64,000 nt of DNA from a virus. Shown here in pieces: positions 10,454 to 23,826 of this stretch. The DNA is taken from positions 1 to 64,000 of the IMG/VR virus record IMGVR_UViG_3300043444_000221, one strand, 5' to 3'. Positions within the stretch are counted from its first letter, which is position 1, and every line of letters begins with the position of its first letter. The notes below the pieces were generated by a model. That model did no database searches, had not been told where the DNA came from, and saw only the letters and a program-made list of their open reading frames with translations. The translations under genes and the position numbers were made by a program.

Positions 10454-11287
10454 ATGGCTAAAAATTTATTGAGTCAGGTAATGTTGAAAAAGGTTGAAGA
10501 AAAGCCTAATATGTTTATTAAGCCTGAAGAACTAATCGAAAAGATTCATCATGGATATACCGTAACTCGTGTAGCAAAGTTTCAAAAAAAGAAGACATTT
10601 GCTCCTAGCACGATTGCATACTCGCATGGTGAGTGTCCAAGATACTGGTACCTAGCATTTGATGGTGCCATGTTTGAAGACAATGCTGATGCATATGGCG
10701 TGGCAAACATGACATCTGGAACCCTATCTCACGATAGAATTCAGACAGCCATGCTGAATGCTGGCCTAGCAAAAGAGTTTGTTGATGATAACGGCAACAA
10801 GACTACTGAATTTAAAATCGTTAGCCAGGATCCACCAATTTTTGGATATGGCGATGCAATGTTGGAATGGGCAGGGGAAGACATTGTTGGAGAAATTAAA
10901 ACCATGCCAAGCGAAGGATTTGAGTATAGAAAGGCACATGGTAAGCCAAAGACTGGCCACCTAGTTCAGCTTCTCATCTATATGAAGATTCTTGGCAAAT
11001 CAAAGGGTGTTCTTATATATGAGAATAAGAATAACCATGACTTGTTGGTACTACCTATTGAGGTAAAGCCAGGAAGTTATCTAGTATCGTGGGTAAATCA
11101 GGCTTTTGATTGGATGAGAGAAGTTCGTAAGGCGTGGACAGATAGAACATTGCCAGAAAAGAACTACCGTTCAAATTCAAAAATTTGCAAGACGTGTCCT
11201 ATTCAGGCTGCGTGTGCAGAGGCTGGCAAGGGAGAGATCAAAATTAAATCTCTGGAGCCAATAGATGAAACATTGTCAATGGTGTGA
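10454..11287 (+). CDS. Cas4/RecB-like exonuclease
   Basis: CPR, GT..H, D...EIKT, QL..YM, C-terminal CKTC..C. Confidence 0.88.
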   Translation: MAKNLLSQVMLKKVEEKPNMFIKPEELIEKIHHGYTVTRVAKFQKKKTFAPSTIAYSHGECPRYWYLAFDGAMFEDNADAYGVANMTSGTLSHDRIQTAMLNAGLAKEFVDDNGNKTTEFKIVSQDPPIFGYGDAMLEWAGEDIVGEIKTMPSEGFEYRKAHGKPKTGHLVQLLIYMKILGKSKGVLIYENKNNHDLLVLPIEVKPGSYLVSWVNQAFDWMREVRKAWTDRTLPEKNYRSNSKICKTCPIQAACAEAGKGEIKIKSLEPIDETLSMV

Positions 11288-11588
11288 TACTAACTTTACA
11301 CCAAAAACTTCTTACCAGATATATTGCTCAGCACTTTGCCGTGACCAAGCAACAAAAGAAAAAATTGCACAGCGTTATGAAAAGACACGTAGGGAAAGAC
11401 GAAAAAACAAAGATCGTCGTTGCAAAATTTGTAATGCCATATTGTCAATTTATAACGATGAAAAGACATGTGAGTCATGTCTGATTGATCCTAAACAGAT
11501 TAATCGTGTACTTAGACAAATTAAGGGGATAGCTAGTGGTAAAACTGAACTCAATAGTGGGGAAGCCAGCCAAGATTCTAGCAATTGA
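11265..11588 (+). CDS. Zinc-finger protein
   Basis: CQWC, YCS..C, CKIC, CESC. Confidence 0.7.
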   Translation: MKHCQWCDTNFTPKTSYQIYCSALCRDQATKEKIAQRYEKTRRERRKNKDRRCKICNAILSIYNDEKTCESCLIDPKQINRVLRQIKGIASGKTELNSGEASQDSSN

Positions 11589-12114
11589 TGCAAGCACTAA
11601 TAGCCTTGCATTTGCCATGTTTGATTCTAAGGATCTAGTTTCTTTTGGAAAAATAAAATATAGTGGTATCACAACATACGACAAGGTCATAGATGCATGC
11701 AAGAAAACAAAAGCTTTCTTGGACATCTATGGCCCTGTTGATGCCATTGTGATTGAACATACTGTATTTATGAACAGCCCAAAGACAGCAGCTGACTTGG
11801 CATTGGTGCAGGGCGGACTTCTTGGTGCAGCTGGACTGTCTGGAGTAACACAAATAAAGTCTGTGGCACCAATCACATGGCAAAATTATATTGGCAATAA
11901 GAAGCTCACTAAAGAAGAAAAGTTTGCTATACGTCAGCAAAATCCTGGAAAATCAGAATCGTGGCTTAAGACCTATGAAAGAAATCTCAGAAAAGAAAAA
12001 ACTATTAATTATATTAATATTCAATACGATAGGGTGGTTAGCGATAATGACGTTGCTGACGCTATTGGTATTGGGCACTATGCGATAAATAACTGGGAGA
12101 GGTTGACAAACTAA
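11536..12114 (+). CDS. RuvC-like Holliday junction resolvase
   Basis: ILAIDAST, IVIE, DVADAIGI. Confidence 0.85.
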   Translation: MVKLNSIVGKPAKILAIDASTNSLAFAMFDSKDLVSFGKIKYSGITTYDKVIDACKKTKAFLDIYGPVDAIVIEHTVFMNSPKTAADLALVQGGLLGAAGLSGVTQIKSVAPITWQNYIGNKKLTKEEKFAIRQQNPGKSESWLKTYERNLRKEKTINYINIQYDRVVSDNDVADAIGIGHYAINNWERLTN

Positions 12115-12266
12115 TGGCAAAGCTGTATACTAATGAGCTATGGCTTCGAAAAAGATTTGTGATAGATAAGAAGTCACCTGAAGACATTGCAAAGGAATGC
12201 GGAGTTAGCCTAGAGACTATCTATGTATATCTTGCAAAATTTGGACTAAGAAAGAGTAGAAGATGA
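12114..12266 (+). CDS. Small HTH DNA-binding protein (50 aa, not in ORF track)
   Basis: SPEDIAKECGVSLETIYVYL; coupled at both ends. Confidence 0.75.
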   Translation: MAKLYTNELWLRKRFVIDKKSPEDIAKECGVSLETIYVYLAKFGLRKSRR

Positions 12267-12499
12267 GCGATAAACTTAAGATTACGGTTGATCAGGTCAA
12301 CCACCCAACACACTATACCAGCCATCCAAGCGGTATTGAGGCATTGCAGATTACTAGACACATGAACTTTAACCTTGGAAATGCCATGAAGTATATTTGG
12401 AGAGCAGGCATTAAGAGCGAAGACAAGCATATAGAAGATCTTGAGAAGGCAATCTTTTATATTCAGGATGAGATTAAGCGTATTAAGGGTGAGTTTTAG
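12263..12499 (+). CDS. DUF3310-like phage protein
   Basis: VNHPTHY...FNLGNAMKYIWRAG...EDLEKA. Confidence 0.85.
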   Translation: MSDKLKITVDQVNHPTHYTSHPSGIEALQITRHMNFNLGNAMKYIWRAGIKSEDKHIEDLEKAIFYIQDEIKRIKGEF

Positions 12500-12796
12500 T
12501 TGGGTCGTAAAAAAGGTATTGCACCAGTAGCTCCTAGCAAGTTTGCAAGAGAGCACTCAATGCTAATTAACGGATTTGAGATTGTCCGTGGTGATATAAT
12601 TAAAATTAGTGGAGAATACGGACTAAAGTTCAAGTTTGATGCTGTAGTGACAAATACTGAGACAGGTTCTGTCTGGGTAGATTGCTTTGAAATCTATAGA
12701 GGGCAATCGCATAGCTATAGGTCATTCGCTATTGACAAGGTCAAGAGAATTCCACAGAAGGGCAAGAGGGCAAGAAAGAATGTCTCCGCAAATTGA
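12500..12796 (+). CDS. Hypothetical protein
   Basis: Coupled ORF with TTG start. Confidence 0.6.
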   Translation: MGRKKGIAPVAPSKFAREHSMLINGFEIVRGDIIKISGEYGLKFKFDAVVTNTETGSVWVDCFEIYRGQSHSYRSFAIDKVKRIPQKGKRARKNVSAN

Positions 12797-13520
12797 ATAT
12801 CTAGATTCGCCAACAAGAGTCTGGATCATTGATGACTTTTTAAGTACAGAGCTTGCTACACAGCTTTCTGACGAGTTTTATAGCTATGATGATGAGAGAT
12901 GGCTAACAAGGAACAACTCAGAGTTTGAAGAGAAGCTTCTTTCTACACATTGGGACTGGTATCCTAAATCTTTTTATAAGACATTCTTTGATTTGACATC
13001 TGCTGAGTTTACAAAGGTTCTTGGAGAGCTGACTGGTATTGATGGGCTTATTGCAGACTATGGCTTACATGCTGGTGGAATGCACCTACACGCAAGCAAT
13101 GGCAGACTTAACCTGCACCAGGATGCAAAGATGCATCCAAAACTTGATCTAGTAAGAAAGCTAAACCTAATTGTTTATTTAAACAAAAACTGGGAAGATG
13201 AATGGGGTGGAGAGCTAGAGTTCTGGAGTGATAAGGACGGAGAGCCTAATGAGCTAGAGTTCTATGTCGAACCAAAGTTTAATCGTGCAGTCCTATTTGA
13301 AACAGATAGAGATTTTTGGCATGGTCTTCCAGAGATGATTGCTGCACCTAATGGTGAAAACAGACAAAGCATTGCCATCTTTTATTACATTAAGTCTGAT
13401 GATGCTATTGATATGCCAACAAGATCGAAGTTTGCATTAACTGATGAGCAAAAGATGAACCCAGAGCTTGTGGCTAAGAACGAAGAAAGAATGAGAACGG
13501 CTTTTAAATATGGAAGATAA
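12780..13520 (+). CDS. 2OG-Fe(II) oxygenase (prolyl-hydroxylase-like)
   Basis: LHQD, RKLNLIVYLN..W...WGGELE, PKFNRAVLF, WHG, RQS; likely start ATG 12780. Confidence 0.9.
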   Translation: MSPQIEYLDSPTRVWIIDDFLSTELATQLSDEFYSYDDERWLTRNNSEFEEKLLSTHWDWYPKSFYKTFFDLTSAEFTKVLGELTGIDGLIADYGLHAGGMHLHASNGRLNLHQDAKMHPKLDLVRKLNLIVYLNKNWEDEWGGELEFWSDKDGEPNELEFYVEPKFNRAVLFETDRDFWHGLPEMIAAPNGENRQSIAIFYYIKSDDAIDMPTRSKFALTDEQKMNPELVAKNEERMRTAFKYGR

Positions 13521-14040
13521 ATTAGTAGAACATTTGGATAATGTTAACAAGGTAGTGGAGAGGTACCTTGCTGGCAGTGATCCAACACAGATTTCTAAAG
13601 AGCTTGCTATGCCAAGACAAACTGTTGTTGGCTATATTTCAGAATGGCGACAGATGGCTGCAGACAATGCTGCTATTCGTGCTCGTGCTAAAGAGGCATT
13701 GGTTGGTGCTGACACACACTACAGCAAGCTAATCTCCAAGGCCTACGAGGTTATTGATGAAGCAACAACAACTGCAAATCTTAATGCAAAAACCCAGGGT
13801 ATTAAGTTGGTTATGGATCTTGAGAAGACACGTATTGAGATGCTTCAGAAGGCAGGATTGCTTGAGAATAAGGAGCTTGCCGAAGAAATGATTGAAATTG
13901 AGGAAAGACAAGAAGCCCTAATTCAAATTCTAAAAGACATTGCGTCTGAATATCCAGAAATTCGTGATGAAATTATGAGAAGGCTGTCTAAGGTTAGTAA
14001 ACAAAAAGAGACAATAACGATTGTGAATAATAATGTTTGA
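13510..14040 (+). CDS. HTH protein, possible terminase small subunit
   Basis: N-terminal HTH (PTQISKELAMPRQTV); directly upstream of the large terminase. Confidence 0.55.
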   Translation: MEDKLVEHLDNVNKVVERYLAGSDPTQISKELAMPRQTVVGYISEWRQMAADNAAIRARAKEALVGADTHYSKLISKAYEVIDEATTTANLNAKTQGIKLVMDLEKTRIEMLQKAGLLENKELAEEMIEIEERQEALIQILKDIASEYPEIRDEIMRRLSKVSKQKETITIVNNNV

Positions 14041-15811
14041 TGACTTTTTAGAGGCACTAAAGGCTGATAATTTTGAAGAGCGTCCAGTAGATGCTAAAAC
14101 CTTTGTTGAGGGTGAGGACTATCTCAATCAGCCACCGCTATCTGAAATTCAGTATGACATTGTGGAGGCCATGAGCCAAATCTACAAACTGGAAGATCTT
14201 ATTGATCTAATGGGAGAAACTGATGGTAGAAGGTATTACAAGAAGTATACTAAGAATGAAGTTATTCTTCAGCTGGGCAAGGGTTCAGGTAAAGACTTTA
14301 CTTCTACGGTTGCATGTGCTTACATTGTGTATAAGCTACTTTGCCTTAAAGATCCTGCACGTTATTTTGGTAAGCCTAGTGGCGATGCCATTGATATCAT
14401 TAACGTTGCTATCAACGCACAACAGGCGAAGAACGTATTCTTTAAAGGCTTTAAAACAAAAATTGAAAAGTCGCCATGGTTTGCTGGAAAGTATAACCCA
14501 AAGGCAGAGTCTATTGAGTTTGACAAATCTATCACAGTATACTCAGGTCACTCCGAAAGAGAGTCTCACGAGGGTCTCAACCTTATCCTTGCAGTTCTTG
14601 ACGAGATCTCTGGTTTTGCTACAGAAATTGGAACTGGTAATGATCAGGGTAAAACTGCAGACAATATTTACAAAGCGTTCCGTGCATCTGTTGACTCTCG
14701 TTTCCCAGATCTTGGAAAGGTAGCACTACTATCGTTTCCACGTTTTCCTGGAGACTTTATTTCTACAAGATACGATGCAGTAATTGCAGAAAAAGAAGTT
14801 GTCACAAAACAGCATAAATTTATTATGAATGAAGATTTGCCAGCAGATGCTGAGGGTAACTCTTTAGAAATTGAGTGGGATGAAGATACCATCGTTAGCT
14901 ATAAATATCCAGGTATGTTTGCCCTTAAGCGTCCTACCTGGGTAGTAAATCCAACTCGTAAGATTGATGACTTTAAGCTTGCATTCTTTACTGACATGGG
15001 TGATGCTATGCAACGTTTTGCCTGCGTACCTACATATATGTCTGATGCATTCTTTAAGCAAAGAGACAAGGTTCGTGCAGCAATGACTGTCAGGAATCCT
15101 CTAGATCAGTTTAGAAGATTTGAGCCATCATTTGAGCCAGATCCAGAAAAACTTTACTTTGTTCATGCTGACCTTGCACAGAAGCACGACAAATGTGCTG
15201 TTGCAATTGCTCACGTAGAAAAGTGGGTAAATGTCCAGGTAGTTAAAGACTATCAGCAAATTGCTCCAATCGTAGTAGTAGATGCAGTAGCATATTGGGA
15301 GCCAAGAATTGAAGGGCCAGTTGACCTGTCTGAAGTGAAGCAATGGATTCAAAACCTAAGAAGAGTTGGATTCAATATTGGATTGGTATCATTTGACCGC
15401 TGGCAATCATTTGATATTCAGAATGAGCTGAAGCAGATTGGCATGAGAACGGACACTGTTTCTGTTGCCAAAAAGCATTATGAAGATATGGCTATGCTAG
15501 TCTATGAGGATAGATTGGCTATGCCTGCAATAGACCTGTTGTTCGAAGAACTAACAGAGCTAAAGATTACTAAGAATGGTAAGAATGTTGACCACCCACG
15601 AAAGCTGTCTAAGGACTTAGCAGACGCTGTGTGTGGTGCCATTTTTGGTGCTATAAGTCACACACCAAGGGACCTAAACCTTGAAGTTGAGGTTCATACC
15701 TTTAAAGATAGACCAAAGACTGAACTTGACAAGCAAAAAGATAGTGTGATACAATATAAATCTATGCCAAAAGAGGTAAAAGACTATTTGGATAGATTCA
15801 ATTTAATCTAA
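14033..15811 (+). CDS. Terminase large subunit
   Basis: Walker A GKGSGKD, Walker B VLDE, nuclease motifs HADLA..D and DHP....KDLADA. Confidence 0.9.
   Translation: MFDDFLEALKADNFEERPVDAKTFVEGEDYLNQPPLSEIQYDIVEAMSQIYKLEDLIDLMGETDGRRYYKKYTKNEVILQLGKGSGKDFTSTVACAYIVYKLLCLKDPARYFGKPSGDAIDIINVAINAQQAKNVFFKGFKTKIEKSPWFAGKYNPKAESIEFDKSITVYSGHSERESHEGLNLILAVLDEISGFATEIGTGNDQGKTADNIYKAFRASVDSRFPDLGKVALLSFPRFPGDFISTRYDAVIAEKEVVTKQHKFIMNEDLPADAEGNSLEIEWDEDTIVSYKYPGMFALKRPTWVVNPTRKIDDFKLAFFTDMGDAMQRFACVPTYMSDAFFKQRDKVRAAMTVRNPLDQFRRFEPSFEPDPEKLYFVHADLAQKHDKCAVAIAHVEKWVNVQVVKDYQQIAPIVVVDAVAYWEPRIEGPVDLSEVKQWIQNLRRVGFNIGLVSFDRWQSFDIQNELKQIGMRTDTVSVAKKHYEDMAMLVYEDRLAMPAIDLLFEELTELKITKNGKNVDHPRKLSKDLADAVCGAIFGAISHTPRDLNLEVEVHTFKDRPKTELDKQKDSVIQYKSMPKEVKDYLDRFNLI
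15726..15755 (+). promoter_or_regulatory. Sigma70-type promoter
   Basis: TTGACA-N18-TACAAT upstream of 15842. Confidence 0.6.
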
Positions 15812-15841
15812 ACAAACAATATAGAAAAGGAAAACATATAT

Positions 15842-16840
15842 ATGACTTCACTTAAGAAGATCGCATTTGGCTTGGTTGCAGCCACAGCTATTGCAACATC
15901 ACTCATTGCAACACCTGCAAGTGCTGCAGTATCTACTGCTCTAACTGTTGGCGGATCATCTGCTGTTGGCGGTACTGCTGTATCAGCACCTGTTGCACTT
16001 CCAGTACCTGCAGATAACTCTGTAGATGCTGCTGACGCACTAAAGATTGCCCTAACAGGCCTTGACACTGGAACTACTGTTTCTGCTGTCGCAACTAACG
16101 GTAAGATCGTTACTGCACTTGCAACTGTTTCAGCACCTGTAACTGCTGCTGCAGGTACTTCAAATGTATCAATTAACACTGGTACTGGTACTACTGCAGA
16201 CATTTACGTATTCACTACAACTACTGCAGTTGGTACTGTAGCAGTTACTGTTGGTGGAAACACAACCACATACTACTTCCAGGGTACTGCTGGTGCACTA
16301 AACGCAATTGAACTTGCTGGTGCAACTTCAGGTGCTGCAGGAACCGTATACACTGCAACTGTACGTGGTGTTGACGTTTTTGGTAACACAAAGGGTGGTG
16401 CATCAATCAGCCTTCAGGTTGTAACAAACACTGCATCTACCACATATGCACTAACAACTGATACTGCAACTGCAACTCTTGGAACCAAGACTCAGGACAT
16501 CACGCTTCCTGCTGCTGGAACTGTTCGACTCATTGCAACTGCAACTGTTGCATCTGCTGTTACTGGCCTAGCAACTCCTGTTGCTGTTCGTGTTGCTGAT
16601 GTCACAGTTCGTGATCTTGCATCAGAGCTAACTGCTAAGAACGCTGAACTTGCTGCTGAGAAGGTTGCACATGATGCAACTAAGGCTGAGCTTGCAAAGG
16701 TAAAGGCTGAGCTTGCTCTTGAGCAGGCAAAGTCTGTTGCTGAAGCAAAGAACTCAGCATCTGCAAAGGCAAAGTATAACGCACTTGCAAACAAGTGGAA
16801 CAAGAAGTTCCCAAAGGCTAAGGTAGCCCTACTTAAGTAA
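15842..16840 (+). CDS. Secreted Ala/Thr/Val-rich surface protein with a C-terminal coiled coil
   Basis: Signal peptide ending PASA, beta-rich body, basic C-terminus; own promoter and terminator. Confidence 0.75.
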   Translation: MTSLKKIAFGLVAATAIATSLIATPASAAVSTALTVGGSSAVGGTAVSAPVALPVPADNSVDAADALKIALTGLDTGTTVSAVATNGKIVTALATVSAPVTAAAGTSNVSINTGTGTTADIYVFTTTTAVGTVAVTVGGNTTTYYFQGTAGALNAIELAGATSGAAGTVYTATVRGVDVFGNTKGGASISLQVVTNTASTTYALTTDTATATLGTKTQDITLPAAGTVRLIATATVASAVTGLATPVAVRVADVTVRDLASELTAKNAELAAEKVAHDATKAELAKVKAELALEQAKSVAEAKNSASAKAKYNALANKWNKKFPKAKVALLK

Positions 16841-16852
16841 TAGGTAGAAAAT

Positions 16853-16888
16853 AGTAGGGGGAGGGAGTAAAATCTCTCCCCTTACTTG
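16853..16888 (+). terminator. Hairpin terminator
   Basis: AGTAGGGGGAGGGA / TCTCTCCCCTTACT stem. Confidence 0.65.
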
Positions 16889-16914
16889 TCTAAAAATATT
16901 AGGAGTGAAAGTAG

Positions 16915-17308
16915 ATGACAGTCAAACTGGTTTATTTTTCAAACCATTCTGGTAATACAAAAAGGTTTGTGGGTAAACTAAACTATGACTCAGTACAAAT
17001 TCCAATAAAATGGAATGAAGAAGAACCCCTAATTGTTGACTTTAAGTATGTATTGTGTGTCCCAACATATGGTGGAGGCAATGACAACACATCAATCCCG
17101 AAACAAGTCAAAAAGTTTTTGAATGTTCCAATTAATAGATCAAATTTAGTTGGTATAATAGGTTTTGGAAATACTAATTTTGGAGAGCATTTCTGCAAAG
17201 CTGCAGATATGATATCTCAAAAAACTGGGGCACCAGTAATTGCAAGGGTAGAAATTTTTGGCACGTCAGAAGATGTGCAAAGAGTAACAGATAGGTTGGG
17301 AAATATAG

Positions 17309-17316
<8 letters not shown>
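16915..17316 (+). CDS. nrdI: Flavodoxin-like NrdI
   Basis: [25 protein letters not shown]. Confidence 0.95.
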
Positions 17317-20384
<3,068 letters not shown>

Positions 20385-20398
20385 AAATATATAAGACT

Positions 20399-20426
20399 AG
20401 CCCCTCTTCGGAGGGGTTTTTCTTTT
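20399..20426 (+). terminator. Intrinsic terminator
   Basis: GCCCCTC-TTCG-GAGGGGT followed by a T tract. Confidence 0.85.
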
Positions 20427-20485
20427 AGTAAATTGGTGTATAATTATATTACCAAACTTCTAACCCCACAAAGGAGACCCCTACT

Positions 20486-22744
20486 TTGAAGAAGTCCTGG
20501 GCGATATTTGCCCTACTTATGTTAACTGGAGTAATGACACTCTGGCCACTCTCAGCATACGGCGATGAAGTGGTAAATAGTGCTACCGTAACAGTTGTTC
20601 AAGAGGGAGACTTGGCAACAGTTGTAGTTCAAATAGAAACAGCCAACTCTGATTTAGTAGTAATTTCTCAAAATATGGACTCTGCCTTGCAAAGCTCAAG
20701 CTCTGTATCTATAACTGAAGCAATATCTACAGCAATCAATACAGCAACACAAGCAATTGAGGTTGCTACCAATGCTGTAGACTCTGCAGAAATTGCGGTA
20801 GAGCAGGCTAATATTAAGATTTCTGTAGTAGATGGTGCTACAGCAACGGTTACTCAGGCAGAGTCTAATCTAAACAATGCACAACAAAACTTGGTGAATG
20901 CTACAGCAGACTTAGCTGAGGCATCTGCAGATGTTGACGCACAAGAAGTTATAGTTGCAACAGATATTCAGGATGTACAGGCTGCACAGGCAGCAGTTGA
21001 TCAGGCTATAGGTAGTGCTCCTGGGCTAAAGGCTGAAATATACAATATGGCTGGGTATAATAATGCCCCACCGCTTCCAGAGCAGCTTGGTAAAACTCCA
21101 ATCCTAACAACAACAGTAACTCAGATTAATTTTGATTGGGGAAGTGGAGCAGCATTTAATACGCTGTCTGAAGATTTTATAGTTAAATTTAGTGGCAATA
21201 TAACTTCCCAATATACTGGCACTATTGGTTTGTATGCCCCTGCTGACGATGGAGTTATACTTAAGCTAAATGGACAGACGGTAATTAATGACTGGTATGA
21301 CAAAGGCGGTGGAGGTACTGCAATTACATATAATGTTCAAGCAGGACAGTCTATACCACTAACGCTATACTATTACGAAAATGGTGGTGGAGCAAACGTT
21401 AAATTAATGTGGACTCAGGGTGGCAGCTGGGGTATTGTTCCAACAAGTGCATTTACCACTACAACTGGAACCGCAACACAAGAACAACTTGCTGCATTAT
21501 CAAGTGCACAATCTGATCTGCAGTCAAGCCAAACTACCTTGACTCAGCTACAGACCATAGAGGCTAATGTCCAGGATAATGTTGCTTCAGCCAATGATGC
21601 TGTAGCCTTAGCTGAGCAAGCAGTCGTAGATGCCCAATCTGCGGAAGATGCAGCAATACAAGATGCCAATGAAGCAATAGCAACTGCTGTAAGTTTATCA
21701 GCAATTGCAGTTGAGGCCGTTATCCAAGCAGATGCATCAGTAGATAATTTGTCAACAGTTATTGCTCAGCAATCTGCAGCAGAAGAAGCTGCTAGACAGG
21801 CTGCCATCGCTGCAGAGCAAGCTAGATTGGCAGCAGAGGCTGCAGCAAGGGCAGAAGCAGAAAGACTTAGGTTAGAAGCTGAAGCTAAGGCAGCTGCAGA
21901 AGAGGCAGCACGACTTAAAGCTGAGGCAGAAGCAAAAGCTGCTGCAGAAGCTGCTGCAAAAGCTGAAGCAGAACGAATTGCTGCAGAACAAGAAAAGCTA
22001 AGATTAGAAGCTGAAGCTAAGGCAGCAGAAGAAGAAAGATTAAGGCTTGAAGAAGAGGCAAGGCTTGCTGCAGAAGCAGAGGCTAAGGCTAAAGCAGAAG
22101 CAGAAGCATTGGCTAAAGCTGAGGAAGAGGCAAGATTAGAAGCAGAAAGATTGGCTGCAGAAGAGGCTGCAAAGCTTGAGGCAGAAAGAATAGAAGCAGA
22201 AAAGATTGCAGAAGCAGAAAGGTTGGCAGAAGAGAAGGCAAGACTAGAAGCTGAGCAGAAAGCTGCAGAAGAAGCTGCAAAGACTGAGAATCTTGTAGAA
22301 GATGCTAAGGCAGACGGGGTAGTTACAGAAGAAGAGAAAGAAGCAATTGTTTCATCTCTAGTAGAAGAGCTAAAGCCAGGAGAAGCATTGTCTAGTGAAC
22401 AAATACAAGCAGCAGGAATATCCTATTCTGATCTTCCACCATCAACACCAGTTGATGTTAGAACAGATGAAAATGGAAATGCTGTAGTTATTACAGCTGC
22501 AGTAGCAGCAAATATTGAATTGATTTCTGACCCAGCAGCATTCGTAGGAGAATTGCTGTCTAATCCAGTAGCAGCTATTGCTGCCCTTGGTTCTATTGGT
22601 GCAGATATGAGCCCTGCTGAGAGAGAAGAGGCTCAACACATGGTAGTCGCAACAGTAGTTGCTGCAGGTGCAGCGATGAATGCAGTCTCTGTTGCTTCAT
22701 CAGGTGGTACTACAGGTGGGTCTAACAATACAAGGAGACAATAA
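20486..22744 (+). CDS. Secreted or membrane protein with PA14 domain and Ala/Glu/Lys coiled-coil repeats
   Basis: Signal peptide; INFDWG, ADDG, YYENGGGA (PA14); EAEAKAAEE repeats. Confidence 0.8.
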   Translation: MKKSWAIFALLMLTGVMTLWPLSAYGDEVVNSATVTVVQEGDLATVVVQIETANSDLVVISQNMDSALQSSSSVSITEAISTAINTATQAIEVATNAVDSAEIAVEQANIKISVVDGATATVTQAESNLNNAQQNLVNATADLAEASADVDAQEVIVATDIQDVQAAQAAVDQAIGSAPGLKAEIYNMAGYNNAPPLPEQLGKTPILTTTVTQINFDWGSGAAFNTLSEDFIVKFSGNITSQYTGTIGLYAPADDGVILKLNGQTVINDWYDKGGGGTAITYNVQAGQSIPLTLYYYENGGGANVKLMWTQGGSWGIVPTSAFTTTTGTATQEQLAALSSAQSDLQSSQTTLTQLQTIEANVQDNVASANDAVALAEQAVVDAQSAEDAAIQDANEAIATAVSLSAIAVEAVIQADASVDNLSTVIAQQSAAEEAARQAAIAAEQARLAAEAAARAEAERLRLEAEAKAAAEEAARLKAEAEAKAAAEAAAKAEAERIAAEQEKLRLEAEAKAAEEERLRLEEEARLAAEAEAKAKAEAEALAKAEEEARLEAERLAAEEAAKLEAERIEAEKIAEAERLAEEKARLEAEQKAAEEAAKTENLVEDAKADGVVTEEEKEAIVSSLVEELKPGEALSSEQIQAAGISYSDLPPSTPVDVRTDENGNAVVITAAVAANIELISDPAAFVGELLSNPVAAIAALGSIGADMSPAEREEAQHMVVATVVAAGAAMNAVSVASSGGTTGGSNNTRRQ

Positions 22745-22746
22745 GA

Positions 22747-22917
22747 ATGGTTAAATTCTTTAAAGATATGGTAGACCAACTTTGGACACTCCTAGGCATG
22801 TTTATTGCTTGGGTAGTTCTTGATGGTAGTGCCAAAACAATCGTTGGGTATGCGATCTTAGGAACCCTATTCGCATGGGTTGTTACCTATCCTATCAGAA
22901 ACAGAGAGGAAGACTAA
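22747..22917 (+). CDS. Small two-TM membrane protein (56 aa, not in ORF track)
   Basis: Two hydrophobic segments; coupled to the next gene via TAATG. Confidence 0.7.
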   Translation: MVKFFKDMVDQLWTLLGMFIAWVVLDGSAKTIVGYAILGTLFAWVVTYPIRNREED

Positions 22918-23207
22918 TGGCAGCTAAAAAAGAAGCAGGAACAGTGCCAGCAAAACCCCAGGGCCAAAAGGCTCTGTCTAATGTCCTCATGAGAATCGTT
23001 GCAGTATTTGCAGCAAACGGTCTTGGAGTACTTGGTGCAGGAGCTGTTGTGGGTATTGATACCCTACAGGCAGTATTCTTGGCAGGTTTGCTGGGCGTAG
23101 CCACAGTCGTAGAGAAGCTTGCAAGAGCATTTCTTGACGATGGCAAGCTCACAATTGCTGAAATTAATGACGCATTTGCAACAGTTGATAAGAAACAAGT
23201 TAAATAG
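22917..23207 (+). CDS. Membrane protein, holin-like
   Basis: Hydrophobic segments and a DDGKLT..EI tail. Confidence 0.55.
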   Translation: MAAKKEAGTVPAKPQGQKALSNVLMRIVAVFAANGLGVLGAGAVVGIDTLQAVFLAGLLGVATVVEKLARAFLDDGKLTIAEINDAFATVDKKQVK

Positions 23208-23286
23208 TCATTTTTAAGGGGTCGTTGACAAAGTCCCCTAGCTGGTGTATACTTATACGTAGGTATCTAAAGCTAGGGGATTTTCT

Positions 23287-23811
23287 ATGACCTGTATCGT
23301 TGCAGCAAGACAGAATGAAAAAATTTACATGGCAGGTGACCGTGGTGCATCTGAAAGCAACCTTATCATGTCATTAACCAGTCCAAAAGTTTGGAAGCAC
23401 GGAGAATATATATTTGGTTACTGTGGATCAATGGATGGCGATAGAATGAAGTATAACTTTAAGCCACCAGCACCAAAAGGTGAAGATCTAGATAAGTTTA
23501 TGTATACAGATTTTTTAATTGCACTTCGTGTATTCTATGAAAATTGGTGGGTAGATGTTTCTAATGATTCTGACTTTGGTCTACTCATTGGTATTCGTGG
23601 AAAGATCTATGAACATAACGCAGTTGATATGTCACTAAATCAATACATGCATGACTATGTTGCAATGGGTTCAGGAGCAGAATATGCATACGGATCAATG
23701 TACTCTACTGAAAACTTAAAGGATACAAGAAAGCGTGTAATGAAAGCAGTCAGTGCTGCTATTAAATTTTCTACATCCTGCCAAGGTCCAGTTGACATTG
23801 TCAGTACGTAA
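23287..23811 (+). CDS. HslV/proteasome-beta-like Ntn hydrolase
   Basis: N-terminal (M)TCIVA nucleophile Thr, AGD, K, AMGSG. Confidence 0.8.
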   Translation: MTCIVAARQNEKIYMAGDRGASESNLIMSLTSPKVWKHGEYIFGYCGSMDGDRMKYNFKPPAPKGEDLDKFMYTDFLIALRVFYENWWVDVSNDSDFGLLIGIRGKIYEHNAVDMSLNQYMHDYVAMGSGAEYAYGSMYSTENLKDTRKRVMKAVSAAIKFSTSCQGPVDIVST

Positions 23812-23820
23812 TGTTATAAT
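23792..23820 (+). promoter_or_regulatory. Consensus sigma70 promoter of a leaderless gene
   Basis: TTGACA-N17-TATAAT-N6-ATG. Confidence 0.85.
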
Positions 23821-23826
23821 TAACTT

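Noticed and set aside
10454-11287. Cas4-like gene as evidence of a CRISPR-Cas system
   Set aside because: No other cas genes or repeat-spacer array; stand-alone Cas4-like exonucleases are common in phage replication modules
21780-22290. GCAGAAGAA-type repeats as a DNA repeat element
   Set aside because: They are explained by the Ala/Glu/Lys coiled-coil coding sequence
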